Under the pieces are notes generated by a model. That model was not told the origin of the DNA, did no database searches, and was given only the letters and a program-made list of their open reading frames with translations. From Auanema rhodensis (Eukaryota; Animalia; Nematoda): a DNA stretch of 64,000 bases. The stretch is from the NCBI GenBank assembly GCA_964057225.1, contig OZ059898.1, positions 13,082,001 through 13,146,000 on the forward strand, written 5' to 3'. Below, in pieces: positions 12,599 through 23,864 of this stretch (the stretch's first letter is position 1; the number at the start of each line of letters is the position of its first letter). A program made the translations under genes and the position numbers.

Positions 12599-15033
12599 GT
12601 AATGGTTGAGATCGCTCTCCAAGGGGAGAGCAAAGGAATTCTCTATGAAGGTTATTCCAAAGCTTTTCGTCAATGTATCTTTGAAGAAGGTAACGTGAAT
12701 GGCCGAAATGAGCGATATGAATTCAGGTATAGATGAGTTTTGAAAGAAGAAAATTTCAATCTTTTCGCTTCAGATGTGATTATGATTTGGAATGTTGCGG
12801 CAGAAGCTGTTGTATTCCAGAAGATGTCACAATCCCATTATGGTAAATCTTATATGAGATTTGGATTATTGTTCATGTTTTTCTTCAATTCTTCAGGCTC
12901 ATCATCATTTTCATTATTCTTTTGCTTATTCTCTTGGCTGCTGCTCTTCTAACTCTTGCTTATATCTGTGCCAAGAGACGTAAACCAAAACCAAAAAAAG
13001 GTTAGTTGATCTAATCATATGTACTTATTTCTCAGCATGTTTTTTTCTTTTTCCTTTCACCCGTTCATACCCTAGTTTTGCAAAAACAACATTACTCACA
13101 GTTCTCCATCCTTTTCTATAACATTTGCATGGCATTTTTCAGATTTCGTGGACGGAACTGCTACTAAAGGTAGCTATACAGCTCTTGAAACTGGTCGAAA
13201 TGGACGTTCCAATGGTGCCTTCAATGATCGTGAACGTCTGATGAACGAGCACGATACATATAGCTCTCCAGATCACATGTATGGTGGATATGGTAATCGA
13301 ACGTATAGCCACAGTGGCAGCGGACGTCCATACTACACGCAGTATGGCCGTGGAGCTGCTGGAACTGGAGGTACGAGCGGCGGCTACAACATCGATGATC
13401 CCGGCATGGTACGTGATGTAGCTATATCAAAGCGGATGGATGGATATAATGCTGGGCCAGGCGGACGACGAGATTCACGTGTGACTGTGAGGAGCGATGA
13501 TGGAGGCTCCGTAGTCCGACATCACGAGAAAATAGAAGAAAGCTTTAGACAAGAAATTACATACGAACGACCTGATTCAACTGATTCTCGGGAAATGCTC
13601 TAAATGCTTCTGATTATGTTAATTATATTGCATCAGAACAAACGATCTTTCGAGAATATAATCAGATATTACTTTGAATCAAGAAATCTCTAACTAAACT
13701 ATATAATATATCTTATATATCCAGTATGTTTTACTATTTCTGATAACTTTTCATGAAAAAGTATGTTTTTTTTCCAGCTTATAAAATCCTTTTAGTATTT
13801 TTCAGCTTAAAGCATGTCCTTCTATAAGATTTCTCTCTTCTAACTAATAACGTGATTCATCATATCTATCTCTTTATCCATTCTTTTACTTAAATTTCAT
13901 AATAATTTTTATATTTTCTATATATATATACATATAGTATAGATATATATATACATATAAATATATATAAATATCAATTTTCATTTTACATGCTTTGTGT
14001 ATGTATCTCTGTATGTGTGTATGTGTGTGTGTGTGTGTATGTGTGCGATTTTTCTCTTAAATTGTACCTATTCTAATACCAAATGTAACATATTTCCCTT
14101 TTCATTTATCATCATTTTCCAACAAAAATAAAATTTTAAAGAAATATAGATATATATAGATAGATATATAGATATATGATTATTGATTAAAATATAATAA
14201 TAATTATACAAATGCATGAGTACCGTCAAACTAATAGTTATAACAGATTCTATTCGGATTATACTTATACCAATTACCTTGACAACAACTACCCAATTGA
14301 TAGAAAAGCAAAAAAAATATTTGAGAATTCAATTCATTTTTAGAAAAGTTCATACCATCACCTATGAAAGAAGAAAGCATCTCTGCCCCAACTCCAGTCA
14401 AAATCGTTCAACGTTCAGAAGATGAGATTAGTCGTGTGATGGTACCAGATCATATGGAAGCTGTTCCTCTTAATCCTCAACGAGCTCAAATGGCATTCTA
14501 CAGGTCACAAACTGAGCAAATCGCGAGCTATAATCCAGTTGATTAACGAATCAAATAACTTCTTGAGCTATTTAATTCATTTAAATATTATTTTTGATTT
14601 TTGATTTTTCGAAAAAAAATCAGAAAATTAATGAGAAAACGACAAAACGAACGTGCTTTCCATACAATTTTTTCAAACATAGTGAAGCATATAAGTAATG
14701 AGATTTTAAAAAATAGGAAGAACTTAATGAAAAGCGTAATATTTTGAAAACTCAACTTAATTTTAAATTTATATAAATATTCTTTTTATATTTAAATTTT
14801 TTTCTTAAATTAGTTATTAACTGATGAGCCATATAAATAATATATTCAATGATTCAGTTATTGTATTGTAATTTTTTTAATTTTTAATATTACAAAAGCA
14901 AATTTCAAAAAAATTATTTTAAATTAAAAATTGTAAAATTTTAATAATTTGCATATTTTATTCACTATCGCCACTACTGTCTCTCATCCATATACTCGTG
15001 TCCAATATCTCTGTCTGTCTCTCTGTCTCCCTT

Positions 15034-15070
<37 letters not shown>

Positions 15071-15618
15071 TATAACTCCCTCATACATATATATATATAT
15101 CGTATACCATCGTCAATTATTATATAGTAAAAGAAAAATTTTTGTTTTTAAATAAAGACTTTTGTCAGATTTTTTGTTTCCAAATTCAGTTGAAGAATAT
15201 ATAGGTTAGAGGGGGGGGGAGGTATATTGGTGAGCTTTAGAGAGATACTTGACAGAGATATGGGCTTGATATGAATGGATAGGGTGGGCTTGATGGTATT
15301 AATGATGAAACGAATGCCAATATGAATAACTGAAGCAAATCTTGTTCATCGTTTTCGTTTTAGACCATTTGTACCGGATGATATGGAAGAAACTACAATG
15401 CCAGCTCCCCTACGTGGATCAGTTAGCTATCACTCAGTTGCTGAACTAGGTCATAGCAAAGTTCCAGCTATCAAGTAAGTGATACATCTTGAAACAAAAT
15501 GTTTTCAATTATCATTGTAAACCACTTGATTCATTGCAGTCCAATTGATCAGCCAAAAGGTGCACATGCTGAGAAAATGTATAAGAGACCAGGATTTGAT
15601 AATGTTCCATCATATTAA
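12599..15618 (+). CDS. Single-pass membrane protein with CX (Cys-rich) module and two alternative cytoplasmic tails; N-terminal exons unresolved (candidates ~11675-11881)
   Basis: Exons give ...RQCIFEEG...YEFRCDYDLECCGRSCCIPEDVTIPLW, a TM segment LIIIFIILLLILLAAALLTLAYIC, then AKRRKPKPKK; the phase-1 donor at 13000 joins in frame to 13143-13603 or to 14344-14502/15364-15474/15540-15618. Confidence 0.75.
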
Positions 15619-15849
15619 TATCAATATTTCACGTCAGCATATGAAATTGACTCTGAAAATTTATTTTCATTGCCATTATAGAGTTTTATTTTTTTGAATT
15701 TTTTCTGAAATAAAAGATTTTAATATAATAAACATGAAAGATTTTCAAGAAATAAGTGCATTATCACCAAATTCAGAATATGGCGTGAGCTTCACTTTGT
15801 TATAATATCATTTTAATTCTGAAAAGACGTGAAAGCGGTTGTTGTTAAC

Positions 15850-16200
15850 ATTGCTTTTTTTGCTGGAAATAACTTTGAATTAAAATAAATGTAATTATAT
15901 TCAAAATCGATGCTTATATTTTGATTTTTAAGTATGCTTCTATACATCTGGGGGGATACCCGCCCAGACCCCCCGGGTTTGACATTGGGCACTCCCGCTG
16001 TATTAGATTTATATGCAGTGCCCAAAAACGAACTTTCTGATAAAATCTAAACTTTTTCGTCTCATCTTCTTCTTATTATTCAGAAAACTTTAATTATTCT
16101 GTTAAAATTTTGGGCCAGCGCATTAGCATAAGCATGCGCCACAGAGGAAGGCGGTGGCAACTACTAAACAAGCGCCCAAAATAGATTTGATGCTATTTTT
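15850..16200. mobile_element. Putative non-autonomous insertion with GC-rich hairpins, present in only one arm of the inverted duplication
   Basis: Arm homology stops at gttaac (~15849) and resumes near 16201; internal inverted repeats TTGGGCACT/AGTGCCCAA and TTTTGGGC/GCCCAAAA; no clear TIR or TSD. Confidence 0.4.
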
Positions 16201-16308
16201 ACTATATATTATATTTTCTTAATTATTCTAATTATAATGAAATGAAAGAAGGTTAGAAATCTTTATTCATATAGATGTTACAAGATGAATATCATTGATT
16301 CTTCTTTC

Positions 16309-16659
16309 TTACCAACCGTTGGCATCCCAGCACTTCATGGTCTTGTTGAATTCTTGGACAGTCATACAGCACCTAGAATGAAATCAAGTTGGAACTTGAA
16401 GTCAAAACTTGAAGCCTTACATGTAGTAGTTGTTGTTACAGTTGTGCATCTGAATATCAAGACATCTCTTATAACACTTGTCAGCACACCAGGTTTCTCT
16501 CCAGCTGAAAAGCTCAAAGTAAGGTTAGAAACTCAGAAGATACAACGTTTGAGGGATGGAAGCTTCACAGTTAGATCCAGCAAGAGTTCCGTGACAGTAG
16601 TCAACGCAGGAAGCATAGGCAGCAGCAATGCAGACAGCAAGAACGATGAGGAGTTTCAT
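16309..16659 (-). CDS. Small secreted 10-cysteine peptide, copy A
   Basis: Three exons: MKLLIVLAVCIAAAYA-SCVDYCHGTLAGSNCEASIPQTWRETWCADKCYKRCLDIQMHNCNNNYYMCCMTVQEFNKTMKCWDANGW*; TTTCAG before ATG, TATA upstream, AATAAA downstream. Confidence 0.88.
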
Positions 16660-16757
16660 TCTGAAAGTTTGAGTTTCAAGTTGGAAAGTTGAAAAGTTGG
16701 AAGCTGAAAAGGTGAAGGATATGCTGGATGATGATGATGTTCTACTCTAAAAGAAAG

Positions 16758-16947
16758 CTTTATATAGCTGAATTTACAACCGGGGAGATGCAACTCATGC
16801 TGTTTGTTAACTATATATAATATAATTATAATATATATTAAATACATATAGTTTATACAAATAAAAGTTTAAAAAATGTATTCAATTCATCTCTATAATT
16901 CATTTCATGAAAAACAGCATGAAATCTTCTATATTTTGCTATAAAAA
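16758..16947. promoter_or_regulatory. Divergent promoter with two outward-facing TATA boxes
   Basis: GCTATATAAAG on minus (~16758-16769) and GCTATAAAAA on plus (~16938-16947), each about 100-110 nt from its ATG. Confidence 0.6.
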
Positions 16948-17053
16948 CCCTCACATAAGCTACAGATCATCATTACCATCATCATCCAGCATATCCTTCA
17001 CCTTTCCAGCTTCAAACTTTTCAACTTTCAAACTTGAAATTTGACCTTTCAGA

Positions 17054-17405
17054 ATGAAACTCCTCATCGTTCTTGCTGTCTGTATTGCTGCTGCCTATGC
17101 TTCCTGCGTTGACTACTGTCACGGAACTCTTGCTGGATCTAACTGCGAAGCTTCCATCCCCCAAACGTTGTATCTTCCCGAATTTCTAACCTTACTTTGA
17201 GCTTTTCAGCTGGAGAGAAACCTGGTGTGCTGACAAGTGTTATAAGAGATGTCTTGATATTCAGATGCACAACTGTAACAACAACTACTACATGTAAGGC
17301 TTCAAGTTTTGACTTCAAGTTCCAACTTGATTTCATTCTAGGTGTTGTATGACTGTCAAAGAATTCAACAAGACCATGAAGTGCTGGGATGCCAACGGTT
17401 GGTAA
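17054..17405 (+). CDS. Small secreted 10-cysteine peptide, copy B
   Basis: Same three-exon structure; differs from copy A by one residue (Q to K) and several synonymous changes. Confidence 0.88.
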
Positions 17406-17967
17406 GAAAGAAGAATCAATGATATTCATCTTGTAACATCTATATGAATAAAGATTTCTAACCTTCTTTCATTTCATTATAATTAGAATAATTAAGAAAA
17501 TAGTTTGTATAGTTAACAGTATACAACCGCTTTCACGTCTTTTCAAAATTAAAATAAGACTTTACCAATTTAAAATGAACAGACTGTAAGTACTGTCGTA
17601 CTGTCCGAGACATAAGCTTAAACTTATATCAACTGCCAACAGTTTTTGAATGCTCGGGATACTTCATTAATGCTCGGGATACTTAATGGAGACTCCCTGT
17701 GTCTACTGCATTAGAGAATCAGGGAATAAATTTGTTAAAAATTATTCATTTTTTTATCGGCATAATGGCGTAAAGCCGATAAGAGCCAATTTTTTTTCTA
17801 ATTTTCAAGTTGTCTGAATAATGTGTTTATTTAAAAATTCACCTGTTTCGCAGCCAGATAATGATAGACCGGCCCTACTGGCATGAAAAGCAGGTGTTCT
17901 TCAATGCACATTTTCGATTATACTATACTATATAACCTAAAAGTTCTAATTTCAACGATCTTCAACG

Positions 17968-19184
17968 ATGTTTTACATGATCAGTTCGTATATTTGTGGA
18001 TTTATTGCCTTGGGTTTCTTATGTATTGCATGTTATGCTATTATATTTCATTCACCAAAAAACATGGATAACGAATTTAAAACTTATTTATGTATACAAT
18101 GTACTATGTAAGTTTTAATTATATAATTATATAATTTCGATTAAAATTATCTTCTTTTGAAGTGGGTTATCTACTTCATTTGGTGTATCTTGTGGAGGAT
18201 TACCTGTATTCGTAGCTCCTTGTCTTGGAGGATACACGACAGGATTCATGAGATATTCAGGAATTTCATTTTTTCGACAAGTACTAACTTTTTCTCTTGA
18301 AATGTATTGTAAGTAAATTACAAAATAAATACAAACTTGGCCATGTTAAGGTCTTGGGGCAGTAACCGTCCTCATGTTTTATCTTCGATTTCGAGCTTTT
18401 CAAGTACATACACGTCCTAGACAGAATTATATTGTTTATGGTTGGGTAATAGTACAATATGTTCTTATTCCAATAACTGTAAACTTGACAACTCATCTTG
18501 AAAATATTGAGGAAGTTAAGAGAGATTGTCTAAAGGTTTGGCTTCAGCTTCAGATGTGTTCTCTCACATCGTACTTATTCTCAGATATATAAGGGTGATC
18601 CTATGGATATCATGCAGGAAGAAACTACAGTTGTATCATTCTCAAAGTCAGGAACTAGTCTTCAGGTGTATTTTTACGTTACATCACCCAATATCTTAGT
18701 GTTTTTCACTGAAATTTGTATATTAACAGCACTTATATTGGTTCGATTTAACGAACTCAAGCAAAGTATGTCTCAACAAACTCAGAATACACACAAAATG
18801 TTTATGAAAATTAATTTTATGCAGGTTTTATTGATTTTTAATTTTTTTTCTGATTTCTTGTCAATATTAAGGGCTTTGTTATAGCTGGAATAACTAATTT
18901 TACCGTTCTTTCTACTATGCTTCCATATCTTGGAATTTTTATAAATGGTAATTATATAATTAATTATAAATATTATTTTTGTTTTTTTAGAAGTTCAAAC
19001 TTTAGTGGTAGCCTTGGCTTCTGTACATTTTGTTTGTGGAGTTCTGCTAACCCTATATACAGTACCATCCTATAGAAATATAATTTTAATATCTTTGGGA
19101 GTGAGACAATACCAGAAATATTTCGGAAGAATCACATCCTCCGAGCCCAGTGCTAACTCTGAGCAATCAAATCAAAATGGATGA
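17968..19184 (+). CDS. Serpentine chemoreceptor GPCR (Srh/Sri-like), copy 1
   Basis: Six exons, open throughout; YAIIFHSPKNM, PVFVAPCLGGYTTG, THKMFMKINFMQ, LYTVPSYR; several hydrophobic TM segments. Confidence 0.85.
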
Positions 19185-19745
19185 AACATACAAATATGAA
19201 ATCCGTAGGTTTTTGTTATCTGAATGGAAAATAAATGTCCTGTTCATGGAATTCTCGTTATAGGACCTATTATTATATTAAATATTTGTATACATTTCTC
19301 TGTGATTGTCACCTTATTCAAAATGTTGCCTCTGAGAAATTTGAAAAGAAACTTTGAGATGAACTCTTGGCTTCAACTACTTGCTAACGGTTAAATGATT
19401 ATTTGCTATTATACTTTTGTAAAATTTAGCATTACTAACTCATTAGAGTGAAACGTGAATGAAAATACGTGAAATAAATATACGTGAAAAGAAAATACGT
19501 GAACAAAGATATGCTAATGTATTTTCATGATATTATAGTAAAATTAAAATAAAAGCATAATATTGTGTGATAATAATATTGTATAATAAACATAAAAGTA
19601 GCTAAAAGTTAAATTTATCTTATATGTAAATGGCTGAAAATCTCTTTATTCACATATTATTAATTGCTTTCTGATGAAATTGTTTTGTTTTGTAGCAGTT
19701 TCTTCGAAAATTGATACATTCACCTGATCTGCACGATAAAATAAC

Positions 19746-21115
19746 ATGGTAAGTCATGTTATTTTCTGTGAAAAACTCAACGCAATATGTTGAGCTTCTT
19801 TTCTTTATCTGTTGTATTGTTTCAAATTTCTATACATAGAGGTTGGCTTAGCTAAATTTTTTTTATTTCAGAGCATCAATCACATGTTTTACGCTATCAG
19901 TTCTTATATTTTTGGACTTATTTCCTTAGGTTTCTTATGTCTTTCAATTGTCTGCATTCTATGTTATTCCCCTTCACAAATGGATACAGAATTTAGAATT
20001 TATTTATGTTTGCAATGTTCTCTGTAAGTATCAATTATATAATTTCGATTAAAATTATCTTCTTTTGAAGTGGATTAATTACTTCTTTTGGTGTATCTTG
20101 CGGAGCTGTACCTGTATTCCTAACACCGTGCCTTGGAGGATATCTTACGGGATTTATAAAATATTTTGGAATTTCCACCTTATACATCTTAATGTATTTT
20201 TTCACTATGGTATACTGTAAGAATACAAATACATTTCGTTCTATTTTTGAACTTATGTATTTAAGATTACGGTGGATTAACAATTATAATGCTGTGTCTG
20301 CGATATCAAGCGTTAAATGTAAGACCACAATGTGTACATAAGTATTTTGTAATCGGTATAATGGTTTTGGAATACATAATTATTCCAACTTCATATTTTT
20401 TTTTTGCCAAATTGGATAATATTGAAGAAGTTAAAAGAGATTGCTTAAAGGTGCGCATATATTGTATATAATATTTGGTCTCAACATCTTTGCAGATATA
20501 CCTAGGTGATCCTGTAGATGTTTTAAAAGAAGAAGCCTTAGTTGTATCATTCTCTAAATCGGGGAATTTTATAGTTATTTATGTTTTGTTAACGTTGCTG
20601 AATTTAATATTATTTGCATTTCAAATTTGTTTTTTTGGATCTATTACTTTGGTTCGATTTTATAGTCTCAAACGAAGCTGGTCGCAACAATTGTTGAATA
20701 CCCACAAAATGTTCTTAAGAATAAATGTTATTCAGGTTTTTAATTATTCAAATATTTCATAATAATTTTAGTTGATTAAGATGTTTGTTTTAATTATGAT
20801 TGCCAACCTATCTTTTTTGTTTTGTTTAACTTTATATTTTGAAATTAATATAACAGGTCAGTCTAGTCTCACAATCAAATTGAATCTGATCTAATGCTTT
20901 AAGCTCTTCAACAGTTTATTCTTTTAATGTTATCATTCTTTTTAATGTCTGGATCAGTGTTAACATTATATACAGTACCCTCATATAGAAAATCTATTAT
21001 GAAACTTTTTAGAGTTAATCCAATAGGCACAGGTCAGAAAGTTCAAACTATTGGAAGCCAGTTATCTGGTATCAGAATAACAACGCTAGTAAAGGAAGTG
21101 TCACATAGAAGCTGA
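19746..21115 (+). CDS. Serpentine chemoreceptor GPCR (Srh/Sri-like), copy 2 (alternative start 19884)
   Basis: Same intron positions as copy 1; PVFLTPCLGGYLTG, LRYQAL, LYTVPSYRK; possible ATG-only first exon at 19746-19748. Confidence 0.85.
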
Positions 21116-21848
21116 CGAACGAACTAAAACTCAACCAAATCATTTAATTGTTCAATAATCAATCATTATATCACTTAAATTAAAATGTATTAATTAAATT
21201 ATTGCACATTAGTATATTTGTTGTTTATAGTAAGTAATTATATTTTTTGAAAAAAAAAGAGGAAATTTAGACATCAATACATACACACCCTTTCTTATCT
21301 ATCTAATTGTATATTTCCATATTTACTATATATTAATATTATATGTATATGTATATAATTTTTGTTAATTTTGAAACCGTAATTGGATATGAGAATAGTA
21401 ACAAGTTATATAAAATGTTTACTTAATACATGTGAACATCCAGCTGATTTTTATTTGAAAAAAAAAATATTTTCTTTGAATTTGGAAGTAATACAAGAAG
21501 TATTTTCAATATGTTTTAGCTTATTTCGAATTTCATTTTGATTTAAAATACTTCAGATTAGCGGTTGCATTCAAATATAATTAGTTGTTGACTAATTAGC
21601 ATATTTTTGATTGACGCAATATGAAGCGGGAATTTCATTTCTCACTTGATATTCTTAAAATGTGGTTGAATTTAATGATAAAAATTAAATATTAACATGT
21701 ATGATATATCTTTTTAATATTATATTTTCTTTTAATTTATATTTTAACGTTCTGATTATACATATTTATAATATATAATATATAATACTTATAGTATATA
21801 ACATAAGTATATTCTTGATAGTTTTAGTCTATTGTACAATTAAGAATT

Positions 21849-22453
21849 ATGTTTTACATCATCAGTTCTTATATTTGTGGATTTATTGCCTTGGGTTTCT
21901 TATGTATTGCATGTTATGCTATTATATTTCATTCACCAAAAAATATGAATAACGAATTTAAAACTTATTTATGTATACAATGTATTCTGTAAGTTTTAAT
22001 TTCTAATTTATATTAAAAATTATGTTTTAAAGTGGATTATTTGCTTCATTTACACTGTCTTGTGGAGCTGTACCTGTTTTCGTAACACCGTGCCTTGGAG
22101 GATATATGACAGGATTTATAAAATATTTTGGAATTTCTACAATATATGTGGCAATGTATTTTTTCACATTAGTATGCTGTAAGTAATGAATATATATATA
22201 TATTCATGACCTTTTTTAAAGTAATTGTTAAGATTACGGTGGCTTAACAATTATCATGTTCTTTCTTCGATATCAAGCTTTGCACATAGGATCACAAACA
22301 AAGTTAAAATATACAATAATTATTTTAGCAATTCTCCAATTCATCATAATGCCAACTTCATATTTTTATTTTGCGCAATTAGATAACATAGAAGAAGTTA
22401 AAAGAGATTGCTTAAAGGTGAGCGTGCTCTCTGTCTTTCTGTCTCTCCCTCTG

Positions 22454-22507
<54 letters not shown>

Positions 22508-23112
22508 CATATGCATGAAATATTTGGTATCAACATCTTTTCAGGTATACCAAGGCAATCCTGCAGATGTTTTAAAAGAAGAAACATTTGTTGTATCATT
22601 CTCTAAATCGGGAAATTTTTTTGTGATTTATACTTTATCGAATATGCTGAATTTAATATTATTTGTTTTTCAAATTTGTTTATTTGGATCTATTACTTTG
22701 GTTCGATTTTATAGTCTCAAACGAAGTTTCTCTCATAATACTCTAAAAACACATAAAATGTTTTGGAAAATTAATTTCATTCAGGTTTTCACCTATTTAA
22801 ATTTATTTAATATCAAACTGTTAAGGCTGTTGTTACTGTACTGACAGCTAAAATATCTTTCACTTTACTTTTAACTTCATATCTAGAAATAAGAATAGAA
22901 GGTATTTCTTTCAATTACTTCAAAATTTTTCTTATATTTCTTCAGAAATTTCGCATTTTCTTCTATTATTGATATCATTCTTCTTAATGTCTGGATCAGT
23001 GTTAACATTATATACAGTACCCTCATATAGAAAATCTATTATGAAACTTTTTAGAGTTAATATATATACAACTAGACATTTTGATTCCTCGAATACAGTT
23101 CATCACACATAG
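21849..23112 (+). CDS. Serpentine chemoreceptor GPCR (Srh/Sri-like), copy 3
   Basis: Same exon structure, open frame; (CT)n expansion in intron 3. Confidence 0.85.
22427..22504. repeat. (CT)n microsatellite in GPCR copy 3 intron 3
   Basis: Absent from the equivalent introns of copies 1 and 2. Confidence 0.9.
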
Positions 23113-23351
23113 AAATTGTTAAATCGACAAATATTTTCTATGTAATAATACAATTTGTAAAGTTATTTAAGCTCTTCTGTACATTTCTCTCTTCAGCCCT
23201 CTCCTTCAGTTTAGACGTAGTTGCTAATATTGAACTCAAAATAGTTTACCGTTGATTCGTATTATTAAGCTTCACGAGTCAGGTAAAAAAGCGTCGCTAA
23301 ATATATATTTATAAGAATCTTAATTATGCACAGCTTTATTTGAAAAATTCG

Positions 23352-23467
23352 GCTCTTTTTACGTATCTATAACCCCCCTCCCCCTTCCCAAACTTTACCC
23401 CCCTTTGCCGTCGGGCACACACTTTTCTACCATTTAGGGGGGGGGGGGGTATAGAAACAGAAAAAGC
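23352..23467. repeat. Imperfect foldback element with poly-C and poly-G arms (MITE-like; G13 tract)
   Basis: GCTCTTTTTACGTATCTATAACCCCCC ... GGGGGGTATAGAAACAGAAAAAGC pair imperfectly as an inverted repeat. Confidence 0.5.
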
Positions 23468-23864
23468 AAAATTTCTTGCTAGAACTTGCAATATTTTATG
23501 TACAAGATAGATTTTAAATAAATTTTTTAAGCGGTTGCTTGATTGAATGAATTATGAAAAACTAAGAGCTTTCAATAAAATTATAATATTTATATAATAT
23601 TATTTATGTTTCTGAATATGGAGATGTTGAAACAAAAAGTTCCTGTTCAAAGTTCACTGCTTTACTTATACGTTTTTCTCATTTATAGTTAATATCTCAT
23701 GATGTACGGTTGTATTTCAATAAATAAATCAATATTAATACAAATAAATATATTTATTCTAATCAAAAATGCTTAAACCTAATATTTTTGGTTTTTTACA
23801 GTGATATTGATCCTCATATTCTTTTCCTATTTTATACAAATGCAATTAACTATGCATTTTCTTT

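Larger units (their letters stand above)
15810..17555. repeat. Inverted duplication: arms ~16200-16740 and ~16975-17500, plus an outer match 15810-15849 / 17512-17555
   Basis: Near-identical reverse-complement sequence spanning outron, CDS, introns and 3'UTR, with a unique AT-rich spacer of about 230 nt. Confidence 0.92.

Noticed and set aside
16285-17429. ORF-track proteins MNIIDSSFLPTV... (135 and 96 aa)
   Set aside because: Antisense shadows of the spliced Cys-rich peptide genes
17649-17684. 16-nt direct repeat AATGCTCGGGATACTT x2
   Set aside because: Only two copies with a 4-nt spacer; a local tandem duplication, not an array
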